Source: an uncultured Gemmatimonadales bacterium (GTDB lineage: Bacteria; Gemmatimonadota; Gemmatimonadetes; Gemmatimonadales; GWC2-71-9). From it: a DNA stretch of 64,000 bases. The position numbers were made by a program, and so were the translations under genes. Shown piece by piece: positions 1-8,688 of the stretch; the stretch's first letter is position 1, and the number at the start of each line of letters is the position of its first letter. The stretch lies in contig CAVPRU010000014.1 of the NCBI GenBank assembly GCA_963707875.1, positions 375,766 through 439,765 of the forward strand, in the 5' to 3' direction. A model generated the notes under the pieces. It had not been told where the DNA came from. It did not search any database and worked only from the letters and a program-made list of their open reading frames with translations.

Positions 1-155
1 GGCCCCAGCGGGCGATGGCCTCGTCAAGCGGCTCGGGCGGCCGGGGATCGGATGAAGACGAAGCGGCCATCAGTGATGTCCGGTTGCCGGCTAGCGCCCA
101 GCATCAGCTGCGGCGCGCAGCGCCGTCAGCTGCATGCTGTTGTTAGACGGCGCCC

Positions 156-955
156 TCACTTGACGGCAGATACGAGAATGGCGGGGTTCGGCATCGCGAA
201 AGCATCGCCGCATCGGTAGCCATTGGCGCGATCCCGCACAGTATCTTCAATCGCGTGGCGCACGTCACTTGGGAGCGCCTCCAGGTTGGTCCAGTCTCGA
301 AGTGCGGCCAAGAACGAATCGATCGAGTGCGTTCGCCACGCGATCTGGAGCTCCCTCACCGAGGAGTCACGACAACCGGCGTCACGGGCCATCTCATGGA
401 ATACGGTGAAGTCGCTGACGCCAAACAACGGACCGTGAGGAAGTTCCGCAACTCCGGCGTGTTCTTCCACTGCGGCGAAGAACAGGCCGAAGGCTTCAAG
501 CTTCGAGAGATCTGCCCACACGGTAAACCCGGTTCGGCCTTCCGGACGGAGCACTCTGAACGCCTCCCTCAGGACCTTGTTCGGGTCGCCTGTGTGATGA
601 AGCACGAAGTTCCCGACGACCGCGTCAAACGCGTCGTCCTCAAAGGGCAGGGCCTCCGCCGACCCGGCGTGGAACTCGATTGTGGGATGGATCCGCCGAG
701 CCTCGGCCAACATCGCCTCGTTGAAATCGAGGCCGACGGGGCTAGCGCCCGCTCCGCGGCCATGGACGCGACCAGGCCAGGACCAGTTCCCACATCCAGG
801 ACTCGATCACCTCTATTCACTCTCACTTCGTCCAGCAAAGGAGCGATCCCCTCTGCGACCAGCGCGCCGAATCCATCCATGTAACCTTTGGCACACCGGG
901 ACCAAGTCTCATTCTCGAATCGCGCAACTGTTTCTGCATCGAATCGGTCTTGCAT
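156..955 (-). pseudogene. class I SAM-dependent methyltransferase, split by a 1-nt frameshift
   Basis: The N-terminal half is in the frame of ORF 569..1054, from ATG 955 preceded by AGGAG/AAGGAG. It reads DRFDAETVARFENETW...RVLDVGTGPGLVASMAAER, which includes the SAM-binding GxGxG motif. The C-terminal half is ORF 156..713 (FDAVVGNFVLHHTGDPNKVLREAFRVLRPEG). The two frames join as ..AAERGASPVGLDFNEAMLAEARR.. if one C is added to the CCC run at 748-750. Confidence 0.8.
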
Positions 956-1117
956 CTCCTTGTCTCCTTCCAGAAAAGGTGAGGTCAAGGCGCCGCCTAA
1001 CGGTTGGCGCTTGAGCGGCGGCGCGCTCTGCCGCCGATGCCTTTGTACTCGCACGCACTTGCGCCGCCCGCCGAATCGCTTGTTGGACGGGCGGGGTCGC
1101 GGTTCGGGCGCATCGCG

Positions 1118-1555
1118 CTATGAGACAAACCCCTCCTCCATGGCCAGGCGCAGGTTCTCAAAGGAGACCCGGGCTCGGTACCTCAGCAGCGGACCCAAGA
1201 GCGGCCCGAGCCCACGCCATACCCCCCGTGGATCCCATTGCACCCGCCCCCGGAACAACGTCCCGTCACCCGACGGCTTGAAGTCGCCCACGTAGCGGTA
1301 GGGTGCTTTGCCCGCGAACCCCTCGATTACCAGGTGACGCGGTCGATCGTACTCCACGAGACTCCATGTGGCTCTGCCGAACCCTGGGTGACGCCACTCG
1401 AAGGTCGTCCCCTGTCGTATAGGAGGTGGTGATGTCATCTCGACGTTGCGGACGTGCCCGCGATTCCACTCAGGCTCGTTGCGCAGGTCCGCGAAGTAGT
1501 CGAACACGTCCTCCGGCGATCTCGCTATCCGTGTCTCGTGCACGGCCTCGACCAT
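1118..1555 (-). CDS. SRPBCC family protein (polyketide cyclase/dehydrase-like fold)
   Basis: 145-aa ORF. The N-terminus (VHETRIARSPEDVFDYFADLRNEPEWN) and the overall length and pattern are typical of SRPBCC/START-like ligand-binding proteins. Confidence 0.65.
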   Translation of the reverse strand: MVEAVHETRIARSPEDVFDYFADLRNEPEWNRGHVRNVEMTSPPPIRQGTTFEWRHPGFGRATWSLVEYDRPRHLVIEGFAGKAPYRYVGDFKPSGDGTLFRGRVQWDPRGVWRGLGPLLGPLLRYRARVSFENLRLAMEEGFVS

Positions 1556-1645
1556 GAGCGGTACCCTCCCGTGCCTCTGCCCCGTCCAACGTTAGAGCTT
1601 CACCGGCGGGCGCCCGTCCGGTGCATGCTCGGGTTCGGCCGCTTG

Positions 1646-2506
1646 TTACCGATCCTTCGATTCGCCAACGCGGTACGCGCTCCCCTTGAGCGGCCCTTCG
1701 ATGGTCAGGAACGTCGGGCCCACGAAAACGCCACGGGACAGAGGATGATCGCCCGTCTTTGACCACTCCGCGGTGCTGTCGCGTTCACGGACGTTGCCAC
1801 CGGCAAGGACGACGACGTTGTCGACCCGTTCTCCTGGCGCGAAGAACACTTGGGTGAAGGAAGCCGGCTCATGTCGTATCTCACCTTTGGGTGTGGCCGA
1901 GGCTTTGACGTTCAATCCGCCAAACTGGATTTCGCCCTGGAACGCACCGTTGCTGTCTTTCCCGAGCGTCACCATCCCATATTCGGCGTGATGCCCACGA
2001 GCACGCATATAGGCTACGTACTCCCGATCCGGGACCCAAAGACCGAGTACGAGCACAGCGTCAGGTGAAGGGGCGATTACAGCGTCGAATCTGTCCTGTG
2101 AGACTTCGGCGGCGAGTTGTGAGTGGTCAACGGGCGCAAACCACACGCCGATAGCCCCGTCCTCTGGGAGTGTCGGCTCCTTGCCGTCAAGGCGCCACGC
2201 CTTGGGTCGGACGAGCTCCACGAATGAAAATGCCCAGTCGGAACGTTCCGGGTGGCGCTTCACGTGCTCTTGGAATTCGGGCGCATTCACCTCGCGGGCG
2301 GATACGAAACGAAGCCCCCTCGGAAGGACGACTGCGGGGTCCTTGGGGTCAAAGAGCAGGAATGTGACGATCACCTCTAGCTCTTGGATCGTCCACGATG
2401 TCGTTCCACCAGGCGGCAGCGCTTGAGCCACGGCCAGAGACGGCGCGCTGATCACGGCAAGGGCAGCACAGAGCACGGTCCGGCGCGGCGATCGATGCCC
2501 AGGCAC
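1646..2506 (-). CDS. hypothetical secreted protein
   Basis: Long ORF 1646..2623 with protein-like composition. GTG at 2506 gives a signal-peptide-like N-terminus (VPGHRSPRRTVLCAALAVISAPSLAVAQA). I recognise no family. Confidence 0.5.
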   Translation of the reverse strand: MPGHRSPRRTVLCAALAVISAPSLAVAQALPPGGTTSWTIQELEVIVTFLLFDPKDPAVVLPRGLRFVSAREVNAPEFQEHVKRHPERSDWAFSFVELVRPKAWRLDGKEPTLPEDGAIGVWFAPVDHSQLAAEVSQDRFDAVIAPSPDAVLVLGLWVPDREYVAYMRARGHHAEYGMVTLGKDSNGAFQGEIQFGGLNVKASATPKGEIRHEPASFTQVFFAPGERVDNVVVLAGGNVRERDSTAEWSKTGDHPLSRGVFVGPTFLTIEGPLKGSAYRVGESKDR

Positions 2507-2749
2507 ACGTTGGGCCGGTTCTGCGTACCGCGTCACGCTAAGAGCCTCAAGTCTTGGTCTCCTCCGTGGTGCAGGATGCTTTGCTGTCGGCCGAACGGAT
2601 CTGTCGTTCTGCTGCGGGCGCAAAACGAATCAGGTCCGGCGTAGCGTAGCGTAGCCGGACTCCGTTGAAAACGCGATCCGACAGCAGGAACGACTTGTTA
2701 TGTGGCCCTCACCCCGGCATCGGCTCGTTCGTCGCCTCACACTGACGTG

Positions 2750-3664
2750 CTAGGGGCCGCCCTGCTGCTTCACGAGCGCTTCACGGAATCTCGCCTCGGC
2801 CCGTTCAATGAAGCCGAGGTAGCCGTCCCGATCGATGAACGGGTCCACCGGGCTCTCTGCCGTCGCGACTTGACCTCGCTTGCGCTGCATGCTGAACCAG
2901 TCCGCGTGCGAACCAAGAAAAATGTCTGCGGGCAGACCCCTCAGGGTGCTGAAGCTCCGCTCGAAGTCCGACCGAATTCCCGGATAGGCTTCTGGCTCAA
3001 TCAGGGATACGAACGGGAACAACGTGAGGCTGCAGATACTGACGGCGAGCAACTCACGGTCGCCGTCACGCACAGGGAACGACCAAGATGTGCATCCGCG
3101 CGTGTGGCCGGCGGTCACATGCGCAGTGAGTTCGAGCGGCCCCACGCGGACTGTCGCGCCATCCTCGAATTGGTGGTCAACCCGCGGGGCGGGGAATCTC
3201 AGCAGGCCGAGAAACCAGAGATGTCTGAGTGGCCCCAGGGCCAAGTCTCCCCGACCTCCCGCCGCCATGACTTCGGCGTCGGCGTCGCTAACCCAAAGTT
3301 CTGCACCCGAGGCCTCTTGCAGGGCGCGAAGGCCGCCCGCGTGATCGGAGTGCGGATGAGAGTTCAACAACACCTTTACGTTAGCGATGTCAAACCCAAG
3401 CTCTGCGATACTCGCAATGATCAGCGGGGCATGTTCTGGATACCCGCCGTCGATCAGCACGTGGCCCTCAGGCCCGGTTAGCAAGAAGGCGGCCATGCCA
3501 GTGTGACCGACGTGGTAGAGGTTACCAGCGATCTGGAACGGTTCGCTCGGGACCGAGCGATTCCGCGTGATCGCCGACCGCCAGAGCATGAAGAGCAGGA
3601 TGAAGAGGGTGCCAGCTACTCCCAGCAGTACCCTCAACCGCCGTTTCTGGATTAGATGCCGCAT
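2750..3664 (-). CDS. subclass B3-type metallo-beta-lactamase fold hydrolase with N-terminal membrane anchor
   Basis: Contains NSHPHSDHAGG (the HxHxDH zinc motif), TAGHTRGCTSW (third His) and FLGSHADWF (distal His). ATG 3664 (MRHLIQKRRLRVLLGVAGTLFILLF) is preceded by GGAG about 9 nt upstream. The ORF-track start at 3694 has no RBS. Confidence 0.8.
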   Translation of the reverse strand: MRHLIQKRRLRVLLGVAGTLFILLFMLWRSAITRNRSVPSEPFQIAGNLYHVGHTGMAAFLLTGPEGHVLIDGGYPEHAPLIIASIAELGFDIANVKVLLNSHPHSDHAGGLRALQEASGAELWVSDADAEVMAAGGRGDLALGPLRHLWFLGLLRFPAPRVDHQFEDGATVRVGPLELTAHVTAGHTRGCTSWSFPVRDGDRELLAVSICSLTLFPFVSLIEPEAYPGIRSDFERSFSTLRGLPADIFLGSHADWFSMQRKRGQVATAESPVDPFIDRDGYLGFIERAEARFREALVKQQGGP

Positions 3665-3958
3665 CCTCTGCTCCGCGTTCGTGATCCAAAACACTACTCA
3701 AGGATCGGGCCCCTTCACACGCCAGAGAGCCAGGAATCCGGGCTACATAACTAGTCTTGGGTTGCATGGGGACGCTACCGCAAAACAGATATGGCTGCAA
3801 GTACCGCAGCCTATCACCCTGGGCAACGCCCTACCGTGCCACGTATTGCTGCTTGAATAGCAGCCCTATCCGGCCCGGTCGTGGGCACGAATATCCCGCC
3901 AATTGTCCCCCGGCGACCCCCGACCTCCGTGCCGGACCCCGTCCCTCGGTCTTCAGGG

Positions 3959-4630
3959 CTACCCGCCCCGAACCTCCTCGCCGGCCCGGTGCATGGGCCG
4001 AGCGGACCTGAAGACGGTCCTGGCACTTGCCCAGGCTCCCATCAGCTCGGTCTCCCCGCCGTACCGGTACCGGACCAGCCCGTCCAGGACCCGGACCTGC
4101 TCGACCACCAGCTTCCCGATTTCCCGCAGCTCGGCGCTGGCTCCCACGTGGCCCCGCCGAGCGGCTCGACCGGCCTCAAGGGCGGTCTCGAGGTCCCGCA
4201 GGGCCACCCCGAGGTCGTCCACCAGGGCGGGCGAGAGCCCCGCCCGGATCAGCACCTCCCGCTCTGCGGTGGCCCGCGCCAGGATCCCCCGCACCGCTGA
4301 CAGGAAGTCCATGTGCGTCATCGCCTTGTCCAGCCGCCTGAACTCGATCCCCAGTTCGGTCTTCTCCCGGACCGCCACGGCCCCCACCGACGCCAGATAG
4401 CGCACGAGGGTTCCCTGGATCAGGCGCCGGAGGGTCCACAGCGTCAACGTGGCCCCACGCTCCGCCAGGATCTCCTGCCCCTGCCGAACCGCCAGTTCAG
4501 CCCCCCGGTCGAGCAGTTGCTCCAGGTGGCGCAGCGCCACGCTTTCCTCAGAGGTCACGGTGGGATGGGCCCGGATAAAGCCCCGGACCCGCTCCCCCAT
4601 GTCCAGTCGCCTGCTCGTCCTGGAGTTCAT
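3959..4630 (-). CDS. hypothetical alpha-helical protein
   Basis: 223-aa ORF with balanced, helix-rich composition (LEQLLDRGAELAVRQGQEILAERG...). The overlapping plus-strand ORFs are Pro/Arg/Gly junk. No family recognised. Confidence 0.5.
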   Translation of the reverse strand: MNSRTSRRLDMGERVRGFIRAHPTVTSEESVALRHLEQLLDRGAELAVRQGQEILAERGATLTLWTLRRLIQGTLVRYLASVGAVAVREKTELGIEFRRLDKAMTHMDFLSAVRGILARATAEREVLIRAGLSPALVDDLGVALRDLETALEAGRAARRGHVGASAELREIGKLVVEQVRVLDGLVRYRYGGETELMGAWASARTVFRSARPMHRAGEEVRGG

Positions 4631-5292
4631 GATCGGCTCCCTTCCGTGCCCGGGCGGTCCTCGCGTCGGGGCGCGACGACCGCGTCACCACCGGTGACCT
4701 GCCTGGCAGCTCCCCGCAACCGCCTGGCGCCAGCGGAGAAGGCGAGGATCGGACCAGAGGCGACCCGGGCACCGGCGGAGGTGATCCGATGAGGCCGGGA
4801 GACGGATCGGCCACCTCCGGAGAGGGGCCCGTCGGCTCGAGTGAAGTCGTTGTGGGAGAAAGGGAAACCCGCGTCGGCCGGGGACGGGCGCGCTCCACCT
4901 CCCGGGGCCGAAGGCGTCCCGCGCGGACCAGCCTGGTTCGCTTCCGGGGACGGTCTGGTGTGCACTCGAGAGAGGCCGTGTGTCCTCGGCGGAGGACGGT
5001 GCACAACCAGACGAGGACGCTGCCACAAGGGAGACGCCTGGGACAGCGGCGAGGACAGGCGGTGTGGCGGAAGAGATGTCTGCTACAACAGCTGGTCGGT
5101 CCGGTTCCACAGGGAAGATGGGCGGTGGAATCCGGGAGATGTCAGGGGCGACGGCGGGGGACGCCTGGTGCAGACCCGGAGACGGAAGGTGCAGTCCGGG
5201 GATTGCAGCGTGACGGGGAGAGGAGTCTGCCGGACGAGACTCGTGGCGAAGCCCCGAGTCCGAATGATGTCCTCGAAGCTTGCGAGAGGAAT

Positions 5293-5365
5293 AGCAGGGG
5301 CGGGACTCGAACCCGCGACCCCGGCATTATGAGTGCCGTGCTCTAACCAGCTGAGCTACCCTGCC
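5293..5365 (-). tRNA. tRNA-Met (anticodon CAT), elongator-like
   Basis: The reverse complement reads GGCAGGGTAGCTCAGCTGGTTAGAGCACGGCACTCATAATGCCGGGGTCGCGGGTTCGAGTCCCGCCCCTGCTA. It forms a cloverleaf with D arm GCTC/GAGC, anticodon stem CGGCA/TGCCG, loop CTCATAA and T arm GCGGG-TTCGAGT-CCCGC. No CCA is encoded. I cannot exclude tRNA-Ile2 (lysidine-modified CAT). Confidence 0.85.
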
Positions 5366-5376
5366 AGAGGGGGCCA

Positions 5377-5405
5377 ATCCTAGCCATTTCTGGCCTGCCG
5401 GTCAA
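5377..5405 (-). promoter_or_regulatory. sigma70-type promoter upstream of tRNA-Met (TTGACC-17-TAGGAT)
   Basis: The minus strand reads cTTGACCggcaggccagaaatggcTAGGATtggccccctct, followed by the tRNA 5' end. The -35 is at 5405-5400, the -10 at 5382-5377, and the spacer is 17 nt. A nearly identical element lies upstream of the BNR gene at 8626-8654. Confidence 0.5.
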
Positions 5406-5431
5406 GAAAAACGGGCTGTCCGACCAGCGGG

Positions 5432-8400
5432 TCACTCCTTCCAGATCGCGCCCACTCCCACCTCCCAGAGCTTCCGGTTCAGGGCCGGGATGCCATCGGC
5501 CAGGAACGTATCGGCCCGAGCCTTGAGTTCCACCCACTGGGCGTTCAGCTCCGCCAGCCGATCCCGGGACGGCTGGGTGACCCTCGGCAGATCACTCTCG
5601 GTCTGATTGATGAGGAAGATGTAGTTGGCGGTGAACCGGTTCGGGAAGTTCTCCACGTCGTCGTACGCCTTCGACCTCCGCTGGACCATCGCCTCGTCCC
5701 ACGACTTCAATGCCGCCAGCAGCGCCTCGCCCTCCCCAGCCACGGCGGCATACTTCTCCCCGGTCGGCAACGTCTTGAGGATGGCCGCGAGCTGGGTCTG
5801 CTTGTCGAAGAGACTGGCCACCGTCTGGTGCATGACCGTGAGCTCATGTTCCATCCCGGCCATCACCTCGTGATACTCCCGATACCCAGGCCCATCGATG
5901 GAATACAGCGGATTCGGAACGATGTCGGCTTCGGTCGCGACCGTCTGGTCTCCCCGCTTGAGGGTGAACCGATACCGCCCCGGGGCCGCCTTGTGCCCCC
6001 GGAAGCTGGCCTCCAGGTACACCCCCTGAATGCCGGGCACGGTCGAGTAGCGCATGTCCCACACGAACCGGTTCAGGCCCTTCTTCCGGGAGAGCACCGG
6101 GTCAGCATCCGGCCCGCCATCCCAGGTCGTGCCGTCGGCCGGCTTCCGTGACGCAATGGTTCGCACCGGCTTCCCGTCGGGGTCGGCGATCTCCAGAGTC
6201 AGATCGCCCTCGGCCGTGGAGTCCGGCAACTGGTAGTAGATGACGATGCCGTTGGCGGGATTGACCCCACGGGAGGTCGAGGCCCCGGTGACCTTCGGGT
6301 CCGATGAGTTCAGCTCGCTTCCGCCGTTGGCCAGCACCGCAGGGCCTGGCTGGAACACCGCAAACGCCGGGGTGTCCGCCCGGTACTGCCGGATCAGCGC
6401 CAGATCGTCCAGAATCCAGAAGGATCGACCAGACGTCGCGGCAATCAGATTCCCCTGGTGGACCCGGAGGTCGGTAATCGGGGTGACCGGCAGGTTCAGC
6501 TGAAACGGCGACCAGTCCTTGCCGCCATTCCATGACAGGAAGACCCCACGTTCGGTTCCGGCAAAGAGCAGGTCCCGCCGGACGTCGTCCTCCCGAACCA
6601 CCCGGGTGAAGGCATCGGCTGGAATGCCCCGATCGATCCGGGTCCAGCTGGCACCGTAATCGGTGGTCTTGTACAGCCCCGGCGCGTGGTCGTTGAACTT
6701 GTATCGGGTGGTCGCGATGTAGGCGGTCGCCTTGTCGAAGGGGGACACTTCGATCGCATTGATCAGGCCCTCGGCCAGCCCGGCCGGCGTCACGTTCTTC
6801 CAGGTCTTCCCACCGTCACGGGTCAACTGCACCAGTCCGTCATCGCTGCCGGTCCAGATCACCCCCGCCTCATGGGGGGATTCCACGACATAGGCCAGGG
6901 TTCCGTAGTTCTCGGCCCCGACCGCCTCGTTGGTGTACGGTCCCCCGGGGGTCCCCTGCCTGGCCTTCTCGTTGCGGGTCAGGTCAGGCGACGCCTCCTG
7001 CCAGGTCTTGCCCATGTCCGTGGTCTTCAGCAGGACCTGGGCACCGTGATAGAAGGTGTTCGGTTCGTGCCGGCTCCAGATGATCGGCGCATTCCAGTTG
7101 AAGCGGTACTTCATGTCCTTGGCATCCATCCCCAGGTACTGGATGGGAGCGGCCATGATCTGGGTGCCGGCGGTTGCCCTGGTGTCCAGCACCTCGATCG
7201 TCCCCTGATAGCTCCCGCCGAGAACGTATCGGGGGTTGTCTGGATCAAAGGCGAGAAAGGCGCTCTCCCCGCCCGCCGAGGAAGTCCAGCTGGCGGTGGT
7301 GATCCCGCCACTGCCCAGCTCCCGGCTGGCAATCGCCACGGAGCTGTTGTCCTGCTGGCCTCCGTAGATCCGGTAGGGGAACTGGTTGTCCACGTTGATC
7401 CGGTAGAACTGGGCCGTCGGCAGGACGCTCTGGGAACTCCAGCTGGCGCCCCGGTCGAAGCTGATGGCGGCGCCCCCGTCGTTGGAGATGACGAAGTTGG
7501 CGGGATTGTCGGGGTTGATCCACAGATCGTGGAAGTCGCCATGGGTGCCGGAGAGGGTCTCCCAGGTCTTGCCGCCGTCCGTCGACCGGAGGGCGGGTGC
7601 GCTCAGGACGTAGAGGAGGTTCTCGTCCTTCGGGTCAACGAACAGCTCGATGTAGTACCAGGCCCGCTGGACCAGCCGGGGTTCGCCGGTGACCAGGCTC
7701 CAGTGGCCCCCGCGGTCGGTCGAGACGTACAGCCCGCGGTCATCCTGGTAGGAATCACTCTCGATCAGGGCGTATACCTTGTCCGGATTGGAGGGGCTGA
7801 CGGCGATCGCCATCTTGCCCATTTCTTTGGGCAACCCTTCGGTCATCCGCTCCCAGGTCTCGCCGCTGTCGGTGGACTTGTACAGCCCGCTCCCGGAACC
7901 GCCGCTGATGATCTTCCACGGCAGTCGGCCATGCTCCCACATCGCGGCGTACAGGATCCGGGGGTTGGTCGGATCGAGGGACAGTTCCGCCGCCCCGGTC
8001 CGCTCATCCACGTAGAGCACGCGCTTCCAGGTGGTACCGCCGTCGCTCGACTTGTACACCCCGCGCTCGGTCGACGAACCATAGAGTGCCCCCTGCGCCG
8101 CCACATAGACGATGTCGGGGTTGGATGGGTGCACCACGATCCGGGAAACGTGCCGGGTGGCCTCGAGGCCGACCGACCGCCAAGTCTGCCCCGCGTCGGT
8201 GGACCGGTAGACCCCGTCGCCCGAGTGGGTCATGACCCCGCGGATCGCGTGCTCGCCCATGCCGACGTAGACCACGTTCGGGTCACTCGGGGCCACGACT
8301 ACCGCACCGACCGACCCGGTCCGGAAGTAACCATCCGACACGTTGTGCCAGCTGATGCCCATGTTGTCGGTCTTCCACAGCCCGCCCCCGGTGGTCCCCA

Positions 8401-8593
8401 TGTAATACGTCATGGGGTCCCCGACGACCCCGGTGCTGGCCACCGAACGACCACCCCGGAAGGGGCCGATGGACCGCCACTTGACCGGTGCGAAGACCTG
8501 GTTGAGGTCCGAAGGAGCAGGCGTCGCGTTCTGGGCGGACAGATGGGAGGTCCAGGGCGCGAGCACCAGGGCGAGGAGGAGGGCCTTTGACAT
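5432..8593 (-). CDS. secreted BNR/Asp-box repeat protein (sortilin/VPS10-like, glycosyl-hydrolase-like beta-propellers)
   Basis: Contains many S-x-D-x-G-x-T-W repeats ([88 protein letters not shown]). I place the start at ATG 8593 ([21 protein letters not shown], a signal peptide) because the upstream ATG at 8626 lies inside the predicted -10 box. Confidence 0.85.
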   Translation of the reverse strand: MSKALLLALVLAPWTSHLSAQNATPAPSDLNQVFAPVKWRSIGPFRGGRSVASTGVVGDPMTYYMGTTGGGLWKTDNMGISWHNVSDGYFRTGSVGAVVVAPSDPNVVYVGMGEHAIRGVMTHSGDGVYRSTDAGQTWRSVGLEATRHVSRIVVHPSNPDIVYVAAQGALYGSSTERGVYKSSDGGTTWKRVLYVDERTGAAELSLDPTNPRILYAAMWEHGRLPWKIISGGSGSGLYKSTDSGETWERMTEGLPKEMGKMAIAVSPSNPDKVYALIESDSYQDDRGLYVSTDRGGHWSLVTGEPRLVQRAWYYIELFVDPKDENLLYVLSAPALRSTDGGKTWETLSGTHGDFHDLWINPDNPANFVISNDGGAAISFDRGASWSSQSVLPTAQFYRINVDNQFPYRIYGGQQDNSSVAIASRELGSGGITTASWTSSAGGESAFLAFDPDNPRYVLGGSYQGTIEVLDTRATAGTQIMAAPIQYLGMDAKDMKYRFNWNAPIIWSRHEPNTFYHGAQVLLKTTDMGKTWQEASPDLTRNEKARQGTPGGPYTNEAVGAENYGTLAYVVESPHEAGVIWTGSDDGLVQLTRDGGKTWKNVTPAGLAEGLINAIEVSPFDKATAYIATTRYKFNDHAPGLYKTTDYGASWTRIDRGIPADAFTRVVREDDVRRDLLFAGTERGVFLSWNGGKDWSPFQLNLPVTPITDLRVHQGNLIAATSGRSFWILDDLALIRQYRADTPAFAVFQPGPAVLANGGSELNSSDPKVTGASTSRGVNPANGIVIYYQLPDSTAEGDLTLEIADPDGKPVRTIASRKPADGTTWDGGPDADPVLSRKKGLNRFVWDMRYSTVPGIQGVYLEASFRGHKAAPGRYRFTLKRGDQTVATEADIVPNPLYSIDGPGYREYHEVMAGMEHELTVMHQTVASLFDKQTQLAAILKTLPTGEKYAAVAGEGEALLAALKSWDEAMVQRRSKAYDDVENFPNRFTANYIFLINQTESDLPRVTQPSRDRLAELNAQWVELKARADTFLADGIPALNRKLWEVGVGAIWKE

Positions 8594-8625
8594 GGAGGTC
8601 ACTCGATTCAGCGCGAGAGGGGGCA

Positions 8626-8654
8626 ATCCTAGCCCGGTGCCGGCCCATGGTCAA
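8626..8654 (-). promoter_or_regulatory. sigma70-type promoter upstream of the BNR gene (TTGACC-17-TAGGAT)
   Basis: The minus strand reads cTTGACCatgggccggcaccgggcTAGGATtgccccctct. The -35, 17-nt spacer length, -10 and downstream CCCCCTCT match the tRNA-Met promoter. Confidence 0.5.
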
Positions 8655-8688
8655 GAAGACCGGTCACCCCGGGCCTCGGGATCTCAGG

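Noticed and set aside
1-70. A possible partial minus-strand gene starting at ATG 70 (MAASSSSDPRPPEPLDEAIARWG...) and running off the left edge.
   Set aside because: Only 23 codons are visible, with no RBS and a low-complexity sequence. That is not enough evidence to call a feature.
3793-3811. The hairpin GGCTGC-N7-GCAGCC with a displaced T-rich tail on the minus strand, considered as a terminator for the 3959..4630 gene.
   Set aside because: The stem is only 6 bp. The T run (TGTTTTG) is 6 nt away from the stem, and the hairpin lies about 150 nt downstream of the stop codon. This is too weak to annotate.
6686-8590. Long antisense ORFs opposite real genes. Examples: 6686..8590 (+), 14108..15289 (+), 16387..17487 (+), 19669..21135 (+), 21665..22699 (+), 26200..28149 (+), 35783..37639 (-), 38452..39978 (-), 42140..43330 (-), 45451..46773 (+), 50608..51906 (+), 61000..62163 (+), 61758..63290 (+).
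   Set aside because: All are low-complexity and Arg/Gly/Pro/His-rich, and each lies opposite an ORF with unmistakable family signatures. They are a consequence of stop-codon scarcity in GC-rich DNA.
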